A stretch of DNA of 64,000 bases from assembly GCF_009914755.1 (NCBI RefSeq), contig NC_060925.1. One strand, 5' to 3'. The stretch comes from the human T2T-CHM13v2.0 reference genome, Homo sapiens. Numbering within the stretch: the stretch's first letter is position 1; each line of letters begins with the position of its first letter. Under the pieces are notes generated by a model. The model was not told where the DNA came from, searched no databases, and saw nothing but the letters and a program-made list of their open reading frames with translations. Positions 14,421-30,879 of this stretch are shown here, piece after piece. The position numbers and the translations under genes were made by a program.

Positions 14421-15560
14421 AAAAAATAAAGGCACAAAATGATCAACAAACAAATAAGTAAAATGCTTGGCATGGTGCCTGGCACATAGCAAAGGTTTAA
14501 TAATAACAAGACCTAACATTACTGAGTTATTACTGGGTGTAGGGCACTGGGGTTGCAATTTTAACATGCATTGTCTCAGCAGACTCTAGAGGCAAGTAGG
14601 ACTGTAATGTTCAGTTTGCAAATTAGGAAACAGGCTCAGAGAAGTAACTGGGCTCCCCTGATACAGCCAGTCAATGGCAGACATATAGGGCCCAAAGACA
14701 GAACTGTTGGCCACCAACTCTGTTTTAAATATTCATCACATGGCCAGGAGTCTTCTAGTCTAATAACCACACTCCAAACAGTTATTTGTTCATAAGTTTG
14801 TTCCCATCTAGCTGAGCAATAAAAATTTTTGTTCTCAAAATATTACTTCTGTAGAGGAGTTATTTAAAAGTCTGTCCACAACTAATATTTCATTTGTTTT
14901 CAAAACAACCCTGAGGTAGTTCAAAGCAACAAACCAACACTTTTACAGCACATAACTGTTTACAAAGCATTTTCCAGTCTGCTTAATTCTTATAACTACC
15001 ATGTAAAGTTAAGTAGGACATGAACCATTACGATTCCCTCTTACAACCGAGGAACAGGCTCAGAAAGACCAAGCAATTTTCCCAAACTTACACAGTAAGT
15101 GATGAGATCCAAACCAGACTTTTGACTCCAAACCTTGAGCTCTTTCCTCTACACCAGCACAGGGATCTTATTTCCCCTGTTTCAGATGGAGAAACGGAGG
15201 CCCAGAGAGGTTAAGACCTCGCCCAAAGTCACCCAGCAAGACTGGCCTCAATGGTTGCTCTAGGAACCCACGTTTGAGATTTGCAGCAAATTTCCCTGGC
15301 TCAGAGGGTCAGCTCAGACCATGGTGGTGGGAACAGGGGCAACAGCATAAACCATGAACTAAGGGCAGTGCCAAGGGCAGCACTAGCCTGATGTCAGCAG
15401 GTCAGAAATTTCCACTACATTTAATCAACTCCACGTGCCACTTGGAGGCTATATTGATCGCACCTATTACTCAGAGGAGCCCAAGGTAGTATTTTACTGA
15501 ACTGGTATCTGGGAAGCCCCACGCCAGTTCTTAGCTCAATAATAAACAGCTTTCTGATCA

Positions 15561-15955
<395 letters not shown>

Positions 15956-16126
15956 TCATTCATTCATTCAACACAATTTCTCCTGATGCCCTACAATGCA
16001 TTCTCTACATAGTGGCCTCAGTGACCTTTTTGTCACATAGACCAGTCATGTCACTAGGTTGCTTAAAAGCCTGCAAAAGCCTCCCATCACATCAGGATAA
16101 ATTCCAATCTTGGTATGATGGCCTAA

Positions 16127-16368
16127 GAGGGGTGTCCAATCTTTTGGCTTCCCTGGGCTACACTGGAAGAAGAAGAATTGGTTTGGGCCACACATGAAAT
16201 ACACTAACATTAAATGATAGCTGATGCACTAAAAAAAAAAAAAAAAAAAAAAAAAATTTCGCAAGACAACCTCATAATGTTTTAAGAAAGTCTATGAATT
16301 TGTGTTGGGCCGCATTCAAAGCTGTCCTGGGCTGTATGTGGCCCACAGGCCGAAGATTGGACAAGCTT
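16127..16368. mobile_element. MER30 hAT DNA transposon with an expanded internal polyA
   Basis: ggggtgtccaatcttttggcttccctgggc...gaatttgtgttgggccgcattcaaagctgtcctggg...ttggacaagctt. Confidence 0.85.
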
Positions 16369-16603
16369 AAATGTCCTGTGCAATCCGGTTGCTGCCTGCC
16401 ACTGAACTCCATCTCATGTCCCCACACCGGTCTTGTTCACTACGCTACAGCCACACTGGCTGTCTTTCTGCTCATTCCCTCCAGGCCCTTGCACCTGCCA
16501 TTCTCCCTGCTGGGACCACCCTTCCCTGACCATCACATCATCTGGCCTCAGCCCAGATGTCACCTCCTCTGAGAGACCTTCCCTGACCACCCAGGCTACA
16601 GTA

Positions 16604-16677
16604 TTAGGTTGGTGCAAAAGTAACTGTGGTTTTTGCAATTTAATAGCAAGACCCACAATTACTTTGCACCAACCTAA
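16604..16677. mobile_element. MADE1 (Hsmar1 mariner MITE)
   Basis: TTAGGTTGGTGCAAAAGTAA...TTACTTTGCACCAACCTAA terminal inverted repeats with TA target duplications. Confidence 0.9.
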
Positions 16678-17363
16678 TATCTTTGTCTTCTATCTCAGCA
16701 CCCTGTTCTATTTTTATACTACTCATTCTTACCTAAAATAATGTTTTTTTGTTTGTTTCTTTTGTTTTGTTTTGTTTTACTTATTTGTTTACCTGTGTGT
16801 ACGAGGCAGTTCCCTGGTTGTTTTTTCACTGCCACACCCCGAGCTTTCTGGACAGGACCTGGATCACTGTAGGCATTCAGGAAATACTTGCTGGATGAAT
16901 GAAGAAGGGGCTAGGATGTGGGAAGCCCTGTTCTGGGCCTTAGGGCAGATCAGAGGATGAAACTGACAAGTTCCCTGCTCTTAAGGGGCTTACATTCTGG
17001 TGGGAGACAGGCAATAATATGCCAATACATAATGACAAAGCGACCTAAGTTGGTCAAGGTCACAGAGCTAATAAGCAGTAGAACCGAGACACACACTCAG
17101 GAGGTCTGGTTGCAGAATCCATGCCCTCAGCAGCCCACTCAACACATAGCTAACTAAGCATTCCTTCAGGAAGTGGTCAGGGGGAGGAACAGTGAGGCAG
17201 GGTGAGGGGATATGAAGTGATGGGGTGAAGCAGGGCTGGCTACTGTATGTGGATGAAAGGTGTCATTCCAGCAGAGGCCTGCAGAAGTCACAGGCTGGGT
17301 GGAGAGGTATTCCTTAGAGGAAACAGTATGGTGGTAGAGACAGACAAATACACAGACAATGGT

Positions 17364-17680
17364 GGCTGGGCACAGTGGCTCACGCCTGTAATCCGAGAGC
17401 TTTCAGAGGCTGAGGCAGGAGGACTGCAGGAGCCTGGGCAACAAAGTGAGACCCTGTCTTTACAAAAATAATAATATTTTAAAAATTAGCCAGGCATGGT
17501 GGAGCATACCTGTGGTCCCAGCTACTCAAGAGTATGAGGCAGGAGCATCGCTTAAGCCCAGGAGTCTGAGGAATTTGAGGCTGCAGCGAGCCGTGATCGC
17601 ACTATTGCCCTCCAGCCTGGTGACAGAGCAAGACCCTGTCTCTCAAAGAAAAATAAACCAGAACAAACAGAAAAAACAGA
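17364..17680 (+). mobile_element. Alu (AluJ-like)
   Basis: Diverged sense Alu. Confidence 0.85.
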
Positions 17681-18412
17681 CAACAACAACCCGTGTGATA
17701 AACACCATGACAGGGGAAACATGAGAGTCAGAGGGATCCCAAGATGGGGACCCTGAACCCAGCACTGGCTCCCTGGAGAAGGTGATGGTAAAGCTGCGAC
17801 CTGAACAAGGAGTGAATCAGACAGGGGTGGGGTGGGCACGTCTTTGACAAAGGGAAAAGCATGTGTCAAGACCCAGAGGTAGAGGAGAAACACTTTTGAA
17901 GAACCAAAAAGATGTTTGGTGCGGCCAGGGCTTGGACAATGGGTGGGCGTGAAGAAATGAGGTGGGAGTAGAAGCTGCCAAGGGCTGCCCCAGGCAGGGC
18001 CAAGTTCGTCTCACTAAGGAATTAGGCTTCCTTGTAAAGGCAACGGCCATGCGGGAGGCTGAATGAGGGTGCATGGAACCTCTTGGTACTATATTTGCAA
18101 CTTCCTGTGAGCCTATAATTATTTTAAAATAAAAATTTTTTTAAAAAGTAGTCGAACATCTCTAAAGAATTTTAAAAACCTTTTCTTGAGGCAAAAGTAA
18201 AACATAAATGAATATTGACCTCTTAACGGGTTAAATGAATCTAATAAACACGTATTAGCCCTACTACAGTGGTGACTAAGACAGGCATATAAAGACCCCT
18301 TAATTGGGAGATTATATTCTAGAGAGGGAGACAGAAAATGTGAACTCAGAAAGAAGACCATTTTAAATAGTAATAAGGGGCTACTGAAGGAAAAGAAACC
18401 TTCAATACTTAC

Positions 18413-18504
18413 CCAGATTTCAAGAAACAGCCGTGGGCCTCTCTCTGTCTGAAGACAGGCTGCTCAGGTTCTGGATGGTTCTTTGGAGAAATATGCAAAT
18501 TGCC
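18413..18504 (-). other. TMCO4: TMCO4 5'UTR exon (92 nt)
   Basis: Strong pyrimidine-rich acceptor tttttctggttttctcccgcag| and consensus donor TGG|GTAAGT, in unique sequence between the promoter and the ATG exon. Confidence 0.75.
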
Positions 18505-19133
18505 CTGCGGGAGAAAACCAGAAAAACCAGCCTGTGGGTCCACGGAGTGTGAGATCTGGGGGAGGCTACGGCAGAGGGAGCTGGCTGGTCAGTTAAAGCT
18601 CAGGGGAGCCTGGCACTGCACCGTCGCTCCCCTGGGCCCTTGCCCTGCACGTTCCTTGACGTGGGGTGCTCTTCTCAATAGGGTGGTAGGGCAGGCAGCT
18701 ACCACTGCTGAGCACTCACCATGTGCTGGGCACGGCCCTGCCACTTTCCATGGATTGTCTCATTGAATGTCCTTGTTCAACTCTCTGTACCCTGAGCTGT
18801 GGTCACTGCATCCAGTTCCTCAGCGGGCACCCTGTCGCCTCCACATCTGTACCTGGTGCCTAACCACAGAGTGGGCACTCAGAAAATGTCAGTTACATGA
18901 ACCGAGGAATGAACTAGCTTTCAGGCTTAAGCAAGAGCTAGATTTTCCTATATTTCTCCCTAAAGGCACTCCCTTTCTCACATGCCAATGGAGCATCAGA
19001 TGGGGAAGGGAGATGGAGGAAGGGCCAAGCATCTGGAATTACCCAAAGGAGGTCTCAGGACCCAAAACCGCAACTTCAAACCAAAACTTCAAAACCAAAA
19101 CCTCAACTAATTTGAGCTTCATCCTTAGTGCCA

Positions 19134-19443
19134 TTTTCTTTTTCTTTTCTTTCTTTCTTTTTGAGACAGTTTTGCTCTGTCGCCCAGGCTGGAGTGCAGT
19201 GGTGCAATCTCAGCTCACTGCAACCTCCGCCTCCCAAGTTCAAGTGATTCTTGTGCCTCAGCCTCCTGAGTAGCTGGGATTACAGGCACGCACCACCATG
19301 CCTGGCTAATTTTTCATATTTTTAGTAGAGACGGGGTTTTGCCATGTTGCCCAGGCTGGTCTGGAACTCCTGAGCTCAGGCAATCTGCCTGCCTCAGCCT
19401 CCCAAAGTGCTAGGATTACAGGCGTGAGCCACTGCACCCAGCC
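19134..19443 (-). mobile_element. Alu
   Basis: Antisense Alu; TSD ccttagtgccattttc. Confidence 0.9.
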
Positions 19444-20180
19444 CTTAGTGCCATTTTCAATGCTAGTGAAAACAATACTTTTTACCTCTTTAAGCTTCAG
19501 TGGGGTTTTTATTAAGTTATCAGTGGGAACACCCTTCTCCTGGATGTTGCGTTCCTCCCCAGCATGAGAATGTACCTGTACTGTGCCTAAAAACTGAATA
19601 TTCACACCATGAGTCCAATCGTGTTAAAGCAATGGAGAGGAGAAAAATGACTGGAAGAACAGCCTCCAAAATTATCTCTGAATTGCCATTTACAGATATC
19701 AGAGACTTTTCTGTATTTCCCCCAAATTTTCTGCCACAAATTTGTATCGCTTTTGAACTCTCTAGAAAGTTATTTTGTGTAGGTCTCTATCCATAGAGAG
19801 GGTACTGTTAGGACACGCACCAGGATGCTGGCAGTGGCTAACTCCAGGTAGGCAGGGACCGGGATTGGATTCTGGATGATTTTAATTTTTTTATATATCT
19901 GTGTTTTATGAATTATTAACAATAAGTGTCGATTTTGAGATCAGAAAAAAAATAATTTAAAATTACAACATGCTGCACTGGTGACAATCCGTTTTGTGCT
20001 TCTCCTTCCAACCCTGTGTCCAGTGACACTGGCAGCCCGAGATTGGCATGTTGGGAATATTTACATCACAGAAATTAGCAAATGCTACAAATCAGGGATA
20101 ATTTTGTTCTAGAGAGGTAGTAGAACAGAATTCGACTGCATATACAATATGACTCTAGTTATGTTTTTAAAACATGTTTC

Positions 20181-20822
<642 letters not shown>

Positions 20823-21015
20823 CATCTTTCACAGAGCAAAAAGATCAGAAGGAAATACATCAAAATGTTTATGATCATTGTCTCTTGGTTGGTGGGGCTA
20901 AGGGACTAGAGGTGATTGGTTTCTGTTCTTTCTATTTTTCTATATTTTTAGCATTTCGGTCATGAGCTTATTGGTGCTTTTATAATGTAGAAAAAAACCC
21001 TTTTAATTAGAACTA

Positions 21016-22735
<1,720 letters not shown>

Positions 22736-23229
22736 AAAGAAAATAGCAAGGGTTGGTGGGACAGACAGCGCAATTCTCAGCTTCTCAGCTCTCCATGATG
22801 CTGGAATGGGGGAGCCCATGGTTCCAACTCTATGGATTGTCTAACTGGACAGGCTGGGACCCCAAACTCTTCCAGCTGCACAAGCGTGGGGGCAGCTGTG
22901 GTGTGGGAATGCGTCACCTGCTGTGTATACTGGTTCTTGGGGGCCTCCACCCCTTGATCTGATTTGGGATCAGGATCCAGTCCAAAATAAAACTGGATCT
23001 CAAGTGTGTCTGAGAAGTTACACTGATTCCAAGAGAGTGCTGGATTCCTGCGACGAGAAAAAGCCCCTTCTGTCAGGACCAGCAGTACCTCTGTGCCCTG
23101 GGGTCACCTAAGACACACAGGGCTGGTCCAGCAGCGCCCTGGGGCTCAGGAGTCACTGACGGAAGGAGGAGCTCCCAGCTCCCGGTAGCCTCCTGAGGTT
23201 CTTGTCCCGGGTACTGTGAAGACACCAAA

Positions 23230-23574
23230 TGATATAGTTTGGCTGTGTCCCCACCCAAATCTCACCTTGAATTATAGCTCCCACAATTCCCACATGTCAT
23301 GGGAGGGACTTGGTGGGAGGTAACTGAATCATGGGGGTGAGTCTTTCCTGTGCTATTCTCGTGAGAGTGAATAAGTCTCAGGAGATCTGATGACTTTTCG
23401 CTCGGTTCTCACTTCTCTCGTCTGCCATCATGTAAGACGTGCCTTTCACCTTCCGCCATGATTGTGAGGCCTCCCCAATCACACGGAACTATGCGTCCAT
23501 TAAACATCTTTTTCTTTATAAATTACCCAGTCTCGGGTACGTCTTCATCAGCAGCATGAAAATGGACTAATACA
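23230..23574 (+). mobile_element. THE1 (THE1B-like) MaLR solo LTR
   Basis: TGATATAGTTTGGCTGTGTCCCCACCCAAATCTCA...GGACTAATACA with 5-bp TSD CCAAA/CCAAG. Confidence 0.9.
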
Positions 23575-24139
23575 CCAAGGAACTCCAAGAAAGACCCATA
23601 CTTAACCTAGAAGAGGATGCGATCTCCAGGGAAACAATATAGATATAGAGTGAGAATAACAGGGCAAACCCATGCCTACAGCTCGGCTGCACAGCCCAGA
23701 CCTGGGATGGACAGAGGTCCTTCTGGAATGGGACCTTGTTTTGATATGCTATGATTATGACTTTTGTCTAGCCAGTCACATCATCCGTCACCAAAGAAAA
23801 TGCTGACTGGGTCATTTTTGTCAGTAGTTGGGGCAGAGAGACATTCCATAAATATCTGACCTCAGCTCCACAAGTACCCACAGTAGGCACTCTGAATATT
23901 TGTTGACTGATGCCATAAACAATACCATTGGATTTCTTCTTGGAGAGTTGAAAAATTCTAAAGTTAGCACCAAGGAGAAAATCAAATATGGTCAATACCA
24001 TCTTTGAAAATCCTTTAAATTGTCCTTAAAATTCCATGATGTGGGCCTTTAGAAGATCACATGCAAGAATGAACTTTTGTTTTTTCTTTACATGCCAGCC
24101 AGCTATGGCCTTTCTTTTCCCCCTTGGAGCAGTCAGTGA

Positions 24140-24458
<319 letters not shown>

Positions 24459-25179
24459 TCAGTGTCAAATTTGATGTGACTATATGAGTGTAGGTAAGTG
24501 ACTATATTAGTGTGCCGCCTCTCCCATGCTGCTCCAGCCATACCCTCCTCCTTGCAGCTCCTGGACCCCACCAGGCTTTCTCTCTCTCTCCTTTTTCTGA
24601 TTGCAGTTGAGTTTTTAAATGATTCTGCAGTGCAATAAAATAAGCATTAATAGGGAGATGGCTACAGCGTCATGGGAAGGCTGAAGACTAATTATTCTGG
24701 GGCCAAGGAGAAAGAAAAGCATTTGGCTAAGAAATCATTCACAACACATAAAGCTATAGCACCATCCTTAGGCCAGAAATGCCAAAGATCATAGTTGAAG
24801 GTTACAATACACACACATACCACACCCAAAATAAGACAATCTTGAGATGCTCCTAGAAGGGCAGAGTCTAGGCAGGCCCAGGTCAGCACCCTCTGCAGCC
24901 ATTTAGAAGAGACACCCATTGATTCTACATCTCTATCTGAAGTCATATTGGAAGCGAGAGGTCAGTGAGGCATCTCAGGAGGTCTCCATGACAACAGTTC
25001 CAACGTAGAAGAACCCAGAGGGTTTTGGATAATCACACTGCAGACGAGAAGAAAACAGAGATGCTGGCATGGAAGGAAAGCTCCCCTCCCACCCTCGCTT
25101 CAGCAGTCTGGAGGAGGGGCAGGAGGGTGGGGTGACAGTGCCATTGGGGTGGATACCCAGGCCCTGTGATGTGTGCCTA

Positions 25180-25810
25180 CATTTACCACTGCTCTCTTCC
25201 TTCTCCTGCCTGCTATTAACCACTGTCACCTCTTACTGGGTCACGCCTCTCCACATATCTGCTTTTTTTCTGCCCTCAACCCAGCTGTTCAAGCACAGCA
25301 CCCAGAGAGTGCCATCTCAGAGTCAGGCCATGCCCTTCCTCTGCTCCAAACCCTCCAAGACTCCCTTCTCAAAGTCAAGGTCCTTACAATGATGATGGGG
25401 CCGCTGCAATCTGGCCTGAATTGCCTCTCTGCCCCCCACCCCTGCCGCCTCTCCCATGCTGCTCTAGCCACACCCTCCTCCCTGCAGCTCCTGGACCCCA
25501 CCAGGCATGCTCCCACCTCACACAGACTTTGCATTGGCCGTTCCCACGGCTGGGAATGCTTATCCCCCAGATAAGGACACAGCCAACTCCCTCACCTCCT
25601 TCTGTCTGTGCTCAAATCTCACACTTCAGTGCAGCCACCCTACCCACTGCCCATCCTAGCCCCTTAACCCAGCTGCTCCACTTTGTCCACAGCACACAAA
25701 CACCAGCCTCCCAATTCTGTATCAGTTACTTGTTTATATTGATCGCTTATCTTCGATCTCCCTCTGCTCACAGTTAAGCACAGTGGGAACTCAGCAACAT
25801 TTGTTGACTG
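25180..25810. mobile_element. L2 LINE relic
   Basis: cttcctctgctccaaaccctccaagactccc...ctttgcattggccgttccc...tgggaatgct...catttgttgactgagt. Confidence 0.7.
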
Positions 25811-26004
25811 AGTGGTGGTTTCCACTTGGGATAATTAAAAAATAATTACAGCGACAAATGTGCCTGAGAAGGAAGTGGCAGAAATGGCAAAGTTTGTAAT
25901 AGTCCATTTGACCCACTGGTTTTCAAACTGCCCCCCAGAGCCCCAGAGTGACGGGCAAGATGAAACACAGGGGGGACCCCTCAATACCCCACCTTCAAAT
26001 TATA

Positions 26005-26570
26005 ACAGCACATGTTCCAGCAACGCCACTTCTGGGTATATATGCAAAATAATTGAAAGCTGGGTCTCAAAAACATATTTGTACACCCATGTTTACAGAA
26101 TTATTCACCATAGCCGAGAGTTGGAAGCAACCCAAATGCCCATCTACAGATGAATAGATCAACAAAATATGATATATACACACAGTGGAACATTATTCAG
26201 TCTTGAAAAAGGAAGGAAATTCTGACACGTTACAACACGAATGAACCTTGAAAAGTTGTGAAATAAGCCAGTCACAAAAAGATAAAATGCTGTACAATTC
26301 CACTTAAGTAAGGTATGAGGAGTAGTCAAATTCATAGAGACAGAAAGTAGAATGAATGGTGGTGGCCAGGGGCTGCGGGGAGGAGGAACAGGGGAGGGAA
26401 GTGGTTGTTTAATGGGTGTGGAGTTTCAGATCTGCTAGTTGGAAAGTTCTAGAGATTTGTTGCACAACGATGTGAATATACTTGACATTACTGAACTACA
26501 CACTTAAAATGATTACGATGGTAAATTTCATGGTATGTGTATTTTATCGCCATTTTTACCTTAAAAAAAA
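26005..26570 (+). mobile_element. L1MB-like 3' end
   Basis: ggaagcaacccaaatgcccatctacagatgaatagatcaacaaaatatg...aattcatagagacagaaagtagaat...acacttaaaatgattacgatggtaaatttcatg. Confidence 0.8.
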
Positions 26571-26577
26571 AAATAGG

Positions 26578-26894
<317 letters not shown>

Positions 26895-27884
26895 TTAAAA
26901 AAAATTTAAACATTTAAAAATCACAATAGTAAATGCTTGGCAAATGTTAGCCACGTGTCACCTCTTTCTACATATCATCTCATTTTCTCTCAATAATCCT
27001 ACAAGGTGGGTGCTATTATCACCCTTCCACAGATGGGGACAGAGAGGCCCTGAGAATTGAAGGTCAAGGTCACTGGACGAGTCATGTGGTATTTCAACTT
27101 GTGCCTGGGTCTTAGGCCACGGGCAGCCATCTTCACAATGATGCTGTTCTACCTCTCTGGTGTGGTTTACACCCTGGCCAAAGATTTCCAACACAATTTG
27201 AAAACCAGCAAATTGGATGAATCTGACCAGCTCCCATCTATCCACAGGCTCACATCCCACTTCTGAGCCCCAGGCACCTGTGGACGGGCCTAACCTGCCT
27301 TTCCTGCTTTGTTTTCTTTCACTCCCTGCTTCCAGCTCATCCTCAGCTAAACTGCACTCCCCTGCTTCCAGCCCACGCTGGGATACCACCTCGGGCCTCA
27401 GCTCAGGCTGTTCTCTCCGTCTGGGTCCCCCTGTCCAAATAGTGCCCTTTCCAAAAGCACAGTTAAATAATAAAATCAGCTTAGATTTTCTGGGGCCTAC
27501 TTCCATGATCCCACTTCAGCTTCCCAACAACCTTATGAAGAAGAGACAATCGCTGTCCCCACTTTACAGATGAGAAAACTGAGACTCACAGAAGCGGAGG
27601 TCACACAGCTGGCAAGTCCTAGGATGCTCCTTCCAGGCCTGTGTGACCTCAAACCCCAAGTCCTTCTCCACTTTACTAAGGTGGGGGGTCAGGGGTTGCC
27701 ACGCACCTCCCTGGATTTGTCCAGCGAATGTGGGGCCTGCCAACTCTGAAGCTCCAAAGACTTCGTCTGGGCCCCTCCACCTCTCCTTGGACATAATGGC
27801 CAGTTGCTAATGTGTCTGTCTCCCTGACCAGGAGGGTCAGGGTGAGAGTGGATGAAGCCCAGGGCACCAGGGATTCGCAATTAA

Positions 27885-28262
<378 letters not shown>

Positions 28263-28977
28263 GTGATTTTTCTTTATCAAATTTACCACCACCTGACAAT
28301 GTATTATAGGTTTATTTATGGTCTATCTCCCTCACTAGAGGAAGCTCAGAAAGGCAGTGGCTTTTGGGTCACAATCCCTGATACATCCTAGGACAGCACC
28401 TGGCAGAGCAGGGGTTCAATCCCTGTGTGCTGAATGAAACAACCCACAACTGAAAAATGACTTCAGCAGATTTTTTTGAAGGACAATATCATTTTATATA
28501 AAGTGAGGTCCCCAATATGCTCAAGAGGGCCTCCCTATAGGTGGACATCATTATTGAGCACCTACTAAGCAAACTTGGCCCTGGTCCTGGATGTCACAGG
28601 GGTTACAGTCAGGGTGGTGTACAGGGTACAGGCAGGAATTAATCCCAGCAATGAGAGTATAATTCCACCCTGAACTTAACCTCTGACATACCAGTAGAAG
28701 TCTTGTGGCCTGGGCATTTGGAGTACAAGTCTGGCTAGGGCTAAAATGTGAAGAATGAGAAGATGTTACCTGGGAAAAGGGAGGCAGGGGGTAGAAGTGG
28801 CCTGGAAGAGCAGGTGCAAAGGTCCCAAGGAGGGAGGGGTGGCATGCCTGGGCACAGAGGGCTGTTGATAAGTGGTCTGAGATGCGGCTGGAGGTGTAGG
28901 CCAGGGGACAGTGGTACATAGCCTTCTGGTCCATGTAAAAGGTTTTTTCTCTTTTCCTTAAGAAAGTGGGAAGCCAA

Positions 28978-29250
<273 letters not shown>

Positions 29251-29263
<13 letters not shown>

Positions 29264-29406
29264 GAGAGAAGAAAGAAAGAGAGAGAGAGAGGGAGGGAGA
29301 GAGGGAGGGAGGGAGGGAGAGAGAGAGAAAGAGAGAGAAAGAGAGAGAAAAGAAAAGAAAAGAAAAGAAAAGAAAAGAAAAGAAAAGAAAAGGAGAAAGA
29401 AGAAAA
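29251..29406 (+). repeat. Compound homopurine microsatellite (A)n-(GA)n-(GGGA)n-(GAAAA)n
   Basis: About 155 nt of only A/G on the + strand. Confidence 0.95.
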
Positions 29407-29510
29407 TGGGAAGCCAGAGCGGGGTTTTAGGCAGAGGGTGGTACCATGATATCAGGGCAGCTTGAAGCGGAGGTCGGCTAAATGGAAAGTGGATTGGATT
29501 TCACTCTCAC

Positions 29511-29589
29511 CCCTTCTGCCTGCTGTCACACGTTCCAGAGAGCCAGTTCCCCACTCCTCATCAGCAGCCCCGGTTTATAATGTACAACA
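29511..29589 (-). other. TMCO4: TMCO4 5'UTR exon (79 nt) containing a uORF
   Basis: Acceptor tgtgttttgtaaacag| and donor GGG|GTGAGA, in unique sequence 1.6 kb downstream of exon 1. Confidence 0.6.
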
Positions 29590-30879
29590 CTGTTTACAAA
29601 ACACACAGGCCAAAAGAGAACACAATGAGAAACCACCCACTGACATTTCTTAGGTCCCACGTTAGCCAGCCCTGGTGGCTGATCAGCCTTTGTAGCCCAG
29701 TGGTACCAGAGTAGAGAGAGATGGTTTGAGCCTTATGAGGAACTCTCCAGACCCCAGCTTTTGTGGGAGCTACATGCTGAGCTATGACAACCTAATCGAT
29801 GAACTCCTCCTGTCCAACTCCTCCTTGGGCCTTAGGACTAAAAAGTATAAAGTCTCCCAAAGTGTCAGATACTGCACTGGGCCTTTTGTGGCTTCAGCTC
29901 CTTTAATTTTCACAACAACCTTGGAGACAGGTCATTTAACTTGCCTGATCCCACTCAGTTACAAAGCTGCAAAGCTAGCACCTGAGCCCATCTCTGTCTG
30001 ATGCTGCACACGAGGGCTTGAGGCCACTCTAATACCGATCTCTTCTGCTGTCTTCATGTACTTCACAGTTGGGGAAATGCCAGTGGTCTCCCCTGTGCCC
30101 AGCCCTCCCTCCCCAGGCTGAAGGGCAGGGCTTTATTCCACCCTCTGGAGTGTACTTCCTGAGGGCAGCGCTCCTTTTTGTTCACTGCTGTATCCTCGTT
30201 GCCTAAACAATGCACACAGTAGGTGCTCAACAAATATTTGGTGAATGAACAAATGGATGTTCCCAAAGCTTAAAAGAGTGTCATATTTTCTGCAATGAAC
30301 ACTGAGTTAGGAAAAAGGGGGCTCATGTGCTGACTCCTACTTCGAGTTAGGTAGTAGTCTGGGATTCTAGCCTGGCCCTGCTCCTAATTCCCAGTGCAAC
30401 CCCAGGGAAGGGCCAGGCAGCCTGGTCAGGGCAAAGGCATTGTGGAGGCCAACTCTGTGCGAAGCACTGGGTCAGGCTCTCCAGGCAGGTAGCCCAGGTT
30501 TTTATCTCTTGCTTCCTAGCTGTGTGGTCTTGGGGAAGTTACCTCACCTCTCTGAGCCTCAGTTTACCCAGCTGTAAAATCCACTCAAAAGTCAGCAGCA
30601 GTAATTCTTCCCTCCTGTAACTTCAGGCATGGGCACCAGAAGACATGGCCTCCTTGTAACATGAGGAGCCTGGTTTTTCTCCAGAGGCTCCCCAAGCCCT
30701 CCTGGAATTCTCTGTTTGAGAGTCTGCGGGGGGACAGGGAGACAGGAGGCGGGGGAGTCCTAGAGGCCTTCCTGACGGGGGCGTGGAGGGGCCACGTGGG
30801 GCAAGGGGAAGCACAGGGACCTCTTGTGACCTTGGGCAAGCCCCCTTCCTCTCTGACCTTGACCAGCGTCCTCATTTGT

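Noticed and set aside
23470-23482. PRDM9 hotspot motif position in the THE1 LTR
   Set aside because: Reads CCTCCCCAATCAC, with two mismatches to CCNCCNTNNCCNC; not the hotspot-active form.
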